Assembly: GCF_018977255.1 (NCBI RefSeq)
Contig: NW_024704772.1
Coordinates: 1,488,001-1,552,000 of the forward strand
Length of the DNA: 64,000 bases
Direction of reading: 5' to 3'
From: Callorhinchus milii
Taxonomy: Eukaryota
A model generated the notes under the pieces. The model searched no databases, was not told where the DNA came from, and saw nothing but the letters and a program-made list of their open reading frames with translations. How positions within the stretch are numbered: position 1 is the stretch's first letter; the number at the start of each line of letters is the position of its first letter. The translations under genes were made by a program, and so were the position numbers. Of this stretch, positions 1 to 12,100 are shown piece after piece.

Positions 1-119
1 TGCTCCTTCTTGCCTTCCTCCATGTCCGTCACGGTCCCCGGTCCCTTCTTCTTCTTCAGCTTGGCCAGAATGGAGGACTCGCGCTCGGGGAACGGAGGCA
101 TCTCCTCCAGCACGGTGGC
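1..119 (-). CDS. AP2A1: AP2A exon 14, partial ([27 protein letters not shown]...)
   Basis: CAG acceptor at 120-122; truncated by the window edge. Confidence 0.93.
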
Positions 120-3100
120 CTGAGAGAGTGCGAGAGAGAGAGAGAGTGAGTGAGCAAGAGAGAGAGTGTATACGGTCTTGAGAGGCTCTTTCTGATACAA
201 CACATTACATTTACATGGCAACTGCCTTTCACATTGGGAGGATGTTGCAATACGCCGCACAGTCAAGGATTTGGACAGGAGCTGGAGGTTGGGATCAGGA
301 GGGGTGAAAGGCAGGCAGGGAGGATGGGGTTAGGAGAGTGACCGACGGCGCGTTCGAAGAGGAAGGTCTTGAAGGAGGCGATGAGACTGTGGGATGAAGC
401 TGCAAAGGGTAGGGGCAGAGAGGCTGAAGGCCTGACTGCCGATGGTGGGGGGCTAGCAGGCCAGGGGACATAGAGCAGGCTTGAGCCCACTGAGCGGAGG
501 GAGCAATGCGGTTCGCAGAGGTAGGGAGGAGTGAGGCGGAGGAGGAGCGATACCCACCAGGACGTCGGTGCTGGCGATGGAGCTGAGCTTGAGGTACTCC
601 ACGGCTCGTTGCTGGAGCTCCACGTCAGAGTTGCGGAGCTGGCTGTCGCTGCGCAGGACGTCCTGGATGGTGGTCTTGGTCTCGGGGAAGAGGTTGACAA
701 ACTTGATGTAGGAGGAGAGCAGCAGGGCCCGGGTGGGCACACTACACAGGTGGAACTTGGAATGCAGCAGGTTAAACTGGACTAGGGGGCTGAACGGGTC
801 GAGGAGAGAGAGAGGGGGTTACACACAACAAAGACAGACACGCGCACGCGCGCACACACACACAACACAGACAGACACACACACACAACACAGACAGACA
901 CACACACACACACACACACAACACAGACAGACAACGTTCATTCCCATTAGATTTACAATAAAACTCTGCACGAGTCTGATCTGTATAAATCGTACAATTG
1001 CCTAAGTCGTACCCAAGTTCGGTTTAAGCGCTCCAGGACACTACCCCGGCGTGAAGGTTGCTATATAGCAAGGCTCACCTGGACCGTGGATCCCCAGCGA
1101 TGAGGTTGCCGAACTCTCCCAGGATGTAGCCGCCGACTTTCACCATGTTCTCGTGGCAGGCCGGAGCCTGCAGAGCCTGAGAACCGAGGACACAGGTTAT
1201 AATAATAATAATAATATTAATAATCCTGGCATTTGATATAGCGCCTCATCGTATTGGCATCGCTGTGCTCTGGGAGACTCGCGGCTGCAACTCGGGGGCA
1301 GATCCTCACCTCGAAGACGGTCTTGGCGGCGTAGCCCTGGACGTCGTCGCGGTTGATGACGATCTGAATGACACGGTACCACACCTCCTCGCTCACGTAG
1401 TCTCCCGCGATGCGGATCAGGTTCAGGATGGTGTCCACGTACCACGTGTAATCCACAGCGTACTTCTCTGCCAGAATAGCCACCTTCAGCACCTGACAGA
1501 CAGAGGTGGGGGGGGGGGGGGGAGAGAAATACAACACATTTCACATTTATTCTGCACCTTCCACAACAACAACAACAACAACGGATTCCGGTCTCAAAAG
1601 CGCTTAACTCTTCCAGGACAAGCTTTGCCTTATTTTCCCTCACCCCTCCACCCCATCACTGCGTAACCATTGCCCCCCACCTACCCCCAGCCCTCCCCCT
1701 CCAAGCACAAGCAGAAAGGCAAGGAGACTCACGATTTCTTCACGAATGGAATAGTCCGCCGTCTCCAGGTAGCTCAGCATCTCGGCCACTATCTGGGGGG
1801 CGTTGGTGCGGTCGCACATGGCGTACAGGAGGTCTGCTGCTCGCTGTCGCACACTCACGTCCCTCTCCGTCTGCGGGAGAGGAAGAAGCTGGTCTGAAAC
1901 TCGCAGAGCTTTGGTGGGTGTATTGCATTGAAAAAAAAGCCCATAGGGCAGGGAGCTTCGCACTACAATAATAATAATAAGACTCCTTGCATTTGATCTT
2001 CGAGACGTCTCAAAGCGCTTCACAGAATACACTGTAAAGTGAATTGACTATATTTTGTGTAACTGAAGGAGCTGTACGTTAAAGAGCCTGGCATCCATGT
2101 CAACTGGGATTGTGGATGTGAGAGCGGAGCAGTTATTGGGTTATCATATAAAATACAATGAGCAACGTCGTTCCTTCCCCTCACAATACGAGCCTTTCTC
2201 TCTCTCTCTCTCCACTCCCCACCTCCACACACACGCGCCTCTGACACTCTCTCTCGCTCGCACGCACGCGCCAGGCTCACCTTGAGCGCGTTGATGACGG
2301 TCTCGATGTGGGTTTTGACGGCCTCGTGAGAGAACTCGGAGCCGGCCAGCAGACACATGCTCTCCAGGGCCAGGTAACGCAGGTTAGTCTCCCGGTGCTG
2401 AAGGAACTGGCCCAGCTGGTTACAGGCTCGCACCAGCAGATTCGGCTCGCTGTGACAGAACGCAACGACAACAACTTACACAGCGCCCTTCACGCGGGGT
2501 GAGGTCTCAAGAGAGTGACCCAGAGCCAGGGAGAGAGAGAGGTGACCGTAAGCACGATCGGAAAGGAAGGTCTTTAGGCTGGATTTGAAATTGGGGAGGG
2601 AGGAAGGCAGAGGAAGTTTTGGGGCCTTGTGCCTGACGGTGGAGCGGAGGGGGAACGAGGGACCCAATCAGATAGGCACTGCGATGCCCTGTTCTACCCC
2701 CTCCCCACACTCTCCAGCCTACCCCCACCCCCCCACCAACCTACCCGGCCCTGCTCTACCTGTCATAGTGTATGATGAGGCTGATCGCTTCGAAGAGAAT
2801 GGCGTTCTTGGCATTGGAGTGTTGCACCTTCTTGGACTTGGGTGGCTCCTGAGCCTTGTTCAGGATGGTCTCCATACATTCGATCAGCCTGCCCTTCACG
2901 GCAGTGTCCTCTGCATAGAAGAGGAAGGGAAAATCACTGAACTCTTGTCGCACCCCAAAGATGGCGCGGTGAGGCACAGGCGAGCACGGGATGGGGAGAC
3001 CAAGAGAAGGCCATTCCGTTCATCGAGACAGCTCTCATCCCATTCTCTGCCAATTCACCACTTTAAACACAACTGATCAGCCTTCCAGAGCAGGTGCGTT

Positions 3101-6100
3101 CCAATTCATGGCATAAATCTACGGTATTTTGTTACTTGTGTGCCAACCAAAAAGGCTATAGGAAATAAACTATTTCACTGGGAGAAGAGGGGGTGGTGGG
3201 GGGGGTGGGTTGTCTTACCAGGGGGAGGGTAGCACTGCAAGAGTCTCAGGAGCTTGACAGACAGCCAGGGCGCAGGAACAAAGTAATAGGTGTAATCCTG
3301 GAGGTCAGTGGAGGCGGACGACACGATCTGGAAAAAGGGGAGACAAGTAATTTACACTTCAACTCAACGGGCAACAATATTTATTCATATTTACGCAGCG
3401 CCTTTCACGTCAGGTTGTCGTCCCAAGGTGTTGGGCAGTCAGGGATTTAGACCCGAGCTGGGGGTTGGGGGAGGGGTGGAGAAGGAGGATAACCGAAGGC
3501 GCAGTCGGCCTTGAGAGGGTTCTTGAGGGAGGAAAGGGAGGGGACGAGCGATGGGAGTTCCAGAGGGTGAGGGCAAGGTCTGTGAACAATAGATCCAGGA
3601 ACGAGGAAGAACTCGAAAAGTCAGGGAGAAACGAAACACATAGCAAAGGCACGAGGGCCTGGAAACCGATGCTGTGGATCAGTGCTGGGCACGGCTGATG
3701 TAAACTCAAGTGTAAATCAGGGGGCTGTTCTCTCGCTTACCCGACTGAGCCTGGACACAGCCAGCGAGACACACGTCTTAAACTCGTCTGGGTTCTTCTT
3801 GCTGAGACATGTGATGAGGCTGGTAGCTGCGGTCACCACCCCCTGAAACAGACAGTAACCGTGTAATCAACACCACTCGCACGTCCTCCACTGTAACACC
3901 CCCACCATCACCGGCTCTGTCAACCGCAACCATACAACTCCCACCTGCCCCCGCTATCAACTCATGGAACACCCCCCCCACCCCCGCGCCCCCACGCTGC
4001 AAGTCGCCTTATTCATAAACCTCCCCCCCTCTCCCACAGCACAGCCAATTTCCACACAGCGACACCCTGGTGAAGTGAATGAGCGACTTTATCCGGGTGA
4101 TTGTCTGCCGAGAAACGTGTCTTAAACTCACTGCGAGAGAGAAGAGAGATAGAGAAAGAGAGAAACTCCTTTCTCTTTTCAGACCTATACGGCCCACACT
4201 GTACAAACAGGACATAAGCCCCCACTGTACATCACGTGCTCTGTGATTAACCTTCAGCTTCTCACTGGCAGGCATCAGCTGCAGGTGCCACCTAAGCAGA
4301 CACTCAGTGCTTTGTTTAGAGCAATGGAGAGAGACAAGCATTGGTTACCAGGTGCTGATCATTGAGCAGGTGCACAACGCGAGAGGTCCACTCGCCCATG
4401 GGCACCAGATCCGGGGACGTCTTGTAGAGACGGAGCAGACACAGGGCGGCACTCTGCTTCACGCTGTCCATGGTATCCCTGACAACACACAAGCACGCAG
4501 TCAGCCATTTTAAACCACAATCGTTTGATACAGAGCCTTCCAGGTCAGGAGGACGTCTCAACGCACTTCACAGCAATCGTTGTAAAGTCTAGTGACTGTG
4601 TGTTTTCGTAGGCGAACACAGCAGCCAATTTGTGCACAGCGATGTCTTCAATGAAGTGATTTTATCTGGGCAATTGGGCACCAGGAGAGAGAAACTTCCT
4701 TCTCTTTTCAAATAGCGTCACCGGGATCTTTAACGTCCACCTGATCGGGGCGCAGACGGAGCTCAGTTTAACATCTCATCCGAAGGAGAGTGCCTCTGCT
4801 ATTGTGGCGCTCTCCCAGCATTGGAGCGTCAGCTACAACTGTGAGCTTCAAGGTGCACTCGTGCATGTGTGTGCATGTGTGGACTCAAACCCACAACCAT
4901 CTGACTCGGAGACTGAGCCAAAAAGAGAGAGAAAAGGTGGTCAGAGAGAAACCTTAGGACGCTTTGGAGGGAACTGCCTTACCCAGCCACGAGGATTTTG
5001 GGAATCTCGGAGGCAAAGGCCTCTGCCATCTCCCTGCTGCCCACGTTGGCGATGCAGTGCAGGGCCAGGCACATGAAGATGGGGTTGCGGCTGGCCAGAT
5101 CATTCTTGATGGCGTTGTTTATCAAGCGGATCAGCTCGCTGTTGGAGTTCACCAGCACCGAGATGAAAAGGTAACCCTGAGGACACAAGAGATGGCATTT
5201 ATAACATTTGCAGCTGCCTAAAGGGGCTTCTGGGTTTGAAATCTCGACCCTCCGCTCCACCATCAGCTGCCACGCCCAAAACTCTGGAACTCTCACCCTC
5301 AATCCCTCCGCCTTACACCAGCCCCACCCCGCCACCACCACTCCTTATCTACAGCTCAGGGATGAGTCCACTGTGTGGTGTATTATCAAGCGACACAGAT
5401 AGGCTTGTGGGTATTCTGCGCGATGAATGTTCTGCGACTGGCCTCACTGGTTCTCACTGGGAGGGGAAGAGAAGGGGGGGGCAGGAAAAAAAAACACACA
5501 CACGCACTTAAGTCCTGCTTCTGCTAACATGTATACTCGATGCAGCGTCTTGTCACATCCAAACATCTCAAAGTGTTACCGCAGTGAGTTACTAGGAAGT
5601 GTGGCGGTGGTTTGTAGGGAGTGAGGACCTAGTGTTGGGAAGAGGGGATGGGACGCTGTACAGTCACAGTGAAACTAGCAAACTGTACACACTCACGATC
5701 TGCTTCTCAGTGTACTTGTTGGAGCTGAGCAGGTTGACGGCTTCCATGTGGCCGAAATCGATGTCGTGGCCCAGCAGAAAGATGAAGAGCAGCTTGCAGA
5801 CATATTTCTTCTTACTGTAGCCGTCTAGGGCCTTGTCTCCTGAGAGAGGGAAGGGCAGAGAGATCAGAGAGAGAGAGAGAGAAAGAGAGGAACAGGTGAG
5901 GAGGGTTGGAACTGCTACAAAATCTGCCCCCGGAGAGTCGCTGTCAGTGCAAGCGAGTAAACCTGGCTGTAAGGCTGCAGTTTATACACGGGTGTGGCAC
6001 ACTAGTGACTCTAAAGATGATAATCCTTGCATTTGACACATTCTTTCACGCCAGGAGCTCTTCGCGTGATGTGCTGTACGTGCACAGCTCTCTTGCATTA

Positions 6101-9100
6101 AAAAAAAACTTGCGTCTCACCCACCCAAATACACCGTCACGCCACAGACAAAGGCAGATCTCAGCATTCCTCGCCACCAGGCAAGCAGCTGCTAGGCCTG
6201 CTGTCAAACTGAGCTGGTTGCACCTGTACTCCATTGGTGGCCGCACTTCCAGTTACGATGCCCTGAAACACTCTGGAACACTCTCCCACGACCCCGCCGC
6301 CTCGCCCTTCCTTCCTTATCTTCAGGTCGTGCCAGAAGACCTTCCTCTTTGACTGAGTCTTCGGTCAACCCTCCTCACCCTGCGCCCGCCCCACCCCGGC
6401 TCAGCTCGTGCTCAAGCGCTGTGGGACGCTGCCTTGCATGAGGGGGTGAGGGGGCGCTGTGCAAATGCAATTTATTATTGTTACACAGTGCAGTCACAAG
6501 TAGGGCTTTGCTTATACAAATCTCTTCCCTTTCCCTCCCTCTCCCCTCGCCCTTCCCCTTTGCCGAGTGATGCCTGCTGACACCCTGCTGATGCACGCGA
6601 GCTTTCCCTGGGTTGAAAACACACAAACAGACGGACTCGTGACCCCGACAGGAAGGCAGGACGTGCTGTAGAAAGAGATGCTGCTTTCTGTTAGGTCGCT
6701 GGGGTTTTAAATTGCAAGGGCTGCAATCTGGAGAGGAAAAGGGGAGAGAGGAGACGAGAGAGAGAGAGAGAGAGAGAGGAGAGCGAGATAAGGCGAGAGT
6801 GGCGAGAGAGACACAGTGTGAGAGAGCGAAAGAGAGAGGCATACACAGTGAGAGACAGAGCGAGAGAGAAAAAGATAGACACAGTGAGAGACAGACACAC
6901 GCACTCAAAATTATTGTGTGGCTCAGTCATGTCTGAAGGTGGTTGACACCCACCCCACCACATATTCCTGGGAGACAGAAACACTTCCCCTTTCTCTCTG
7001 ACAGCTGTATTGGGTGCAAAGGTATTTCCCAATTTCCTAACGTGGGCTCTATCTCTAACATCTGACAACAGGCAGTCTAATGATTACTGGTATGTGTGCC
7101 TTTGCATGTGTATAACACACAAACACACACACACACACTCGCTCCACACTTTGCAAATGGAATGCGTCCCCCCCCATGTCTCTCTCCAGAGCCGTGCAGA
7201 TATGGAAGATCGCTAGTTCGATCCCCAGTTCCGTTTGAGTCAGCAGATCTCAGCCTGGGCCAAGGTGATTGCTGAACACTGACCCTCATGGATGGAGATT
7301 GTGTGTGTGTGTGTGTGCACAAACACACACACACATACACATGCAGCAATGGTCAGTCACTAAAATCTCCCCGCCTCCGTCCCCAGCCAGGACCAGCCAC
7401 CAGACCATTTCATCTGCAAACTCTGTCGTTCGTACCTTTGAACTTTGATCGGATGTTTGCCAGCTCTTTGTTTATTCGCTTAATTTCGGCTTCTTTGCTT
7501 TTACCTGAAAGGGAAACGCATATGTTAAAATAAAATAAAATAAAATAAAACGCTTATAGAATCCTGGAACGGACGGACAGCACAGGAAGCGGCCATTCAC
7601 CCATGTCTGCGTTGGCTTTTCAGCACACTGTGCCCGTGCTGGCTCTCTGAAAGAACTCTCCATTTTGTCTCACTCCTTTGCCACTTTTCTCTCTCCACAC
7701 ACCCCCAATCCTGCGTGACGGGCGCTACAGAAATATATTTGTGAATGAGAGCTGAGGGTGAAGATGGTTGCAGTTGGGCAGAGCCACAAAGAGGTCAGGG
7801 GAGGTCATGCCTGGATTGCGTGCTCTGCGGTCAGGATGAAGAGAGATTTCCGCATAAAACTTTGAACGGACAGTCCAATGGAAGCAGATTGTGTGCGCGT
7901 GTGTGCGCGCGCGTGTGTGTACGTTGGGAGGTAGAGATAGCCCGAGGGAGCACTCCGCTCACAATCACAAGAAGCAGTGAAAGGTAAGAAGAGTCTGCAG
8001 TGTCTGAGAGCGACTGTCTGGGACACAAACGCCTTCAGAATTGTGTGGTTGTCGTTTCCGAGCTCCTTAATGGAGGGTGGATTAACGGAGAAGACAGCCA
8101 GGCAACCCCACGGCACAATCTTGAATTAGCAATGACTTTTGAAGCTCTCTGCTCTTTCCACAGGAATTATTATTATTATTATCCCAAACCGGGCAGAAAA
8201 TAAAATCATCTCCACCCGTGGAGAGACGCGTCCTTCTTACACAGAGGCTGCGAATTTTATTGATAACAATCCTTGCATTTGATACAGAGCCTCATCACAT
8301 CGTTGAGACCTCTCAAAGCGCTCCACTGTAAAGTGAATTGACTGTATTTTTGTGAGACGCAGCAGTGTCCCACAAGCAGTTGTGGATTGAGTGACTTTTT
8401 TTTAATAATGGATTATTACCTCTGGTAAGTGACTCGTCAATCGACTAACAACCGGGTTCCTACTTACTGCTGGTAAACAACAAGCGTGAGTGTGGAGTAA
8501 GGAAACTAAGGTTCTGTCCCGCCCAGGAATCCAACTTGAGGTCAATCATGCTAACCACTACACTATGAGAATCCTACAGCAGAGGAGACCATCGACCCAC
8601 CGTGTCCGCTCTCTGAAAGTTTTGCACACCGAATCGCATGCAAACTGTACTCAAACTGACTCCAACTTCATTCAATCCCTTCAGCACAGGCTGCACTTTC
8701 TCGTCAACTGCCTCTTCGGGCGGATGTGAGAGATCCCCTGACGCTACAGGATTGGGAAATAGAAGGGAGTTACTCTCTTGGTTACAGCCAAGAAACCTTC
8801 CACTTAAATTGGTCACTCACACCGCTGTGGGAGAGCGTTTGCTGAGATTCCTCCTGGACCCGGTGTGCTTTGTCTGCAAACGGAACATTTTCTCAGAGGA
8901 AGGGAGAACACGAAAGCAAAGCGGTGTGGAGCAAGAATACAGTTATTCCTCTGTCCTAAGCCATTGGCATCTGGTTGCCATCTAACCCTCCTTTGCTCTG
9001 CCTTTAATGATCCTTTCAACATAGTTTTGCGAAGAAGCCGTGAATATGACAAGGCTCAGCGGATAGCGGGAGTTCCTTGCTGTGTTCCTTCAAACTGCTG

Positions 9101-12100
9101 GGAAGTAAGGAAAATGTCAGCCTGACTCATTGGGTAGTTCTCTCGACTTGAGAGTCAGAACGTATGTGGATTCAAGGCCACGTCAGTACTTTAAGCTCAG
9201 TCTAGATTGACACTCCAATGAAGTGCTGAGGTGGGGGTGGGGGCAGAAGGTCTGCATTGTGGGGCTTCCTGCCCTTCAGATGAGAAACCAAGGTCCCGAC
9301 CGCCTGTTCAGGTGGACGTTAAAGATCACCCATGGCACCACTGGAAAAGAGAAGGGAGTCTCCTGGCTGACAATTCCTGGCTGACAATCCTCTAAATAAA
9401 AATGGTCGTTCATTTCATGGCTGCTTGCGGGAAGTTGTTGTGCCAAATTGGCTGCAGTATTCGCCTACAAAACACACGGTCACTGCCCTTTGCTGGAAAT
9501 ACCTGTGAGGCGCTTTGGGATATTTTGACGATATGATGACACGATGACAAGTGTGAGGTTTACAAAAATCAGTAGTTATTAATATCTACAGCTACGGAAG
9601 CAATTGTAGATAACACCAATTAATTCACACACCTTTACTTAAGTGTTAACAATCCCCTATGGGGGTAGCACTTCTGTCCAGAGCTTTTTCGCTGTGTAAT
9701 CCAGTAAGCCATTCCTCTCCTACATGCCATCTCTTTCCCTCCTCTGCCGCTCAGCACTACATTCCCCCTTAAACGGCTGTATTCAGAAATCCTCCCACCC
9801 ACAGATTTACACACACACACAGCAATATTTACAGAACACTGCTGCTCACACAATACAATATGCATTTGCACAGCGTCCATCATGTGTGGAGAAAGTCTCA
9901 AAGCACTCGACACGGCTGGTTGAGCAACCAAGCCGTGGGGGGTGAGGACTGGAGGCAAGGGAAGGGAAAAGTGCGGTCAAAGAGGTGAATCATAATAATA
10001 ATCCTTGCCTTTGATATACCACTGTATCACGTCGTTGAGACGTCTCAAAGCTTCACAGGATGTTCTGTCAAGTGTAGTGGCTGTGTGTTTTGTGGGCGAA
10101 ATGCGACAGCCAATTGCGCACAGCGGTGTCCCACAAACAGTCATAGATTGAGTGACCAGATTTTTTTTGGAGGGTTTATAACCAGTGATGGGCTGAGATT
10201 TAAACCCGGCAAGTAGAGTCTTTGATTGGCGCTGCTTGCAGGAAGAGTGTCTTGCCTTCTCCGCACAGTCTCCTGTGGCTGGAGTGGCGGGGCAGCGCCG
10301 AGCTCCTCACAATCAGCTATTGTGCTTCTCAGCGGGCACTGGGGTGAGGGAGAGGCGTTCCCACCTCACTGAATGCTCTTCACCCACTCCCAGTCCCAGG
10401 CACTGACTCCAACCTGGGCAAAGTTCCACACAGGGCAGCTGCCTTCAGCCCAAGCAGTGCCAAGTGGACGAGGGGGGGGTGTGGGGAGGTTGCAAGGGGA
10501 AGATTCACACAGTGGGGTTAGCTGGGACAAGGCTAGAGACAATTCTGCACCCTTTACTTAATAATATAATAATAATAATCCTTGCATTTGATATAGCGCT
10601 TTTCACGTCGGGAGGACGTCCCAAAGCGCTTCACAGAACACAGTGCAAAGTGAATTGACTGTATATTTGTGGGCGAACGCGGCAGCCGATTGCGCACAGC
10701 AATGTCCCACAAACAGTCGTGGATTGAAAATGACCAATTTATTATTGTTTTTTGGTTTTGGAGGGATTATTATTAGGCTCTGTGTGGAGTAAGGAAACTT
10801 GCTCAAGGTTTCGCCCTCTGCCTGGAATTGAACTCAGGTCTCTCGCCTGCAAAGCGAGTGCTCTAACCACTGAGCGACAGGACTCCACATCACATCAGCT
10901 CAAAAGCCAGGATGCAGTCTCCAAACCACCTTACAAAATAGTGACAATTTGCGATGCACAAACCTGCATCTCGGCAAAACCGTCTGCGTAATGGTAAACA
11001 CACGTACGAGCCGCCTGACGTGGACCTCAGGCATCTCAAAGGGGGTAGTATTCTCACACTGAAGGGATGGGTTTGAGCCTGGGATCAACTGAACTCGATA
11101 TTGATTCAAACAACTCTTGATGACTCGGTATCAACTCTAGGTCAGAAGGCTGTGGGTTCAAGTCCCACGTGAGCTCACAGTCCAGGCTGCCACTCAAGTA
11201 CAGCATTGATGGAAGCACTGCTGTTTTATCATAATATAATCCTTGCATTTGATATAGCGCCTTATCGCCTCATTGAGACATCTCAAAGCGCTTCACGGGA
11301 TACACTCACTGTAAAGTGTAGTGACTATGAATTTTGTGGGCGAAACGCAGCAGCCAATTGCACAGAGCAGCGTCCCACAAACGGTCATGGATTGAGCGAC
11401 CAAATTATTTTTTATTCGGAGGAGACAGGAAACCGAGATGCCACCTTAGGACATCAAAGCAGAGCCACTGTCAACATGAGGTTGTCTACTAACACCACAC
11501 ACACAGAGTATCAAGGGACATGAGATAAGGGTGGGTAATTGGAGCTGAGCTACAGATGAGCCACAATCTTATAGAGTGGCGGAACAGGCTCGAGGGGTTG
11601 AATGGCCTCCTCCTGTTTCGATGCTCCACACGGGTTTGGGGAGCAAAATAGAAAAGCAGAAAAGGCATTTTTTGCCTTTAAATGGATCAAAGCTGTACCT
11701 AGTGACCCTGAGGTTGTGGTCAAGGTTCAGTACCACTCAAGGCTACTGTAAAACTGGGATATAGGGTAAGTCACAGACTAACGCAGACAGGGGCTGGCGT
11801 TGTTTTACTGCAGATATTTAGACTCCAGTTTTGATGGTGGTTTCAGCACCACCCAACACAAGTGATTACCTAATGTGAAACGCACATCTTTCGCACACAC
11901 GCGCACACCACATTTATCTCTCTCACACATACTGCATTAAAAGGTGCTGTCATTCTCACTCAAACCATGCTGTTCCATTTACAAAACCCAGCCTGATTCG
12001 CAGCTGATTTTGACCTACAGCGAGGAGTGGGTCTCTCTCTCTCTCTCTCACTTCGCTCTCTCTCTCTCTCTCTCTCCCCCTCCCTTCCCCCAGCCCCCAC

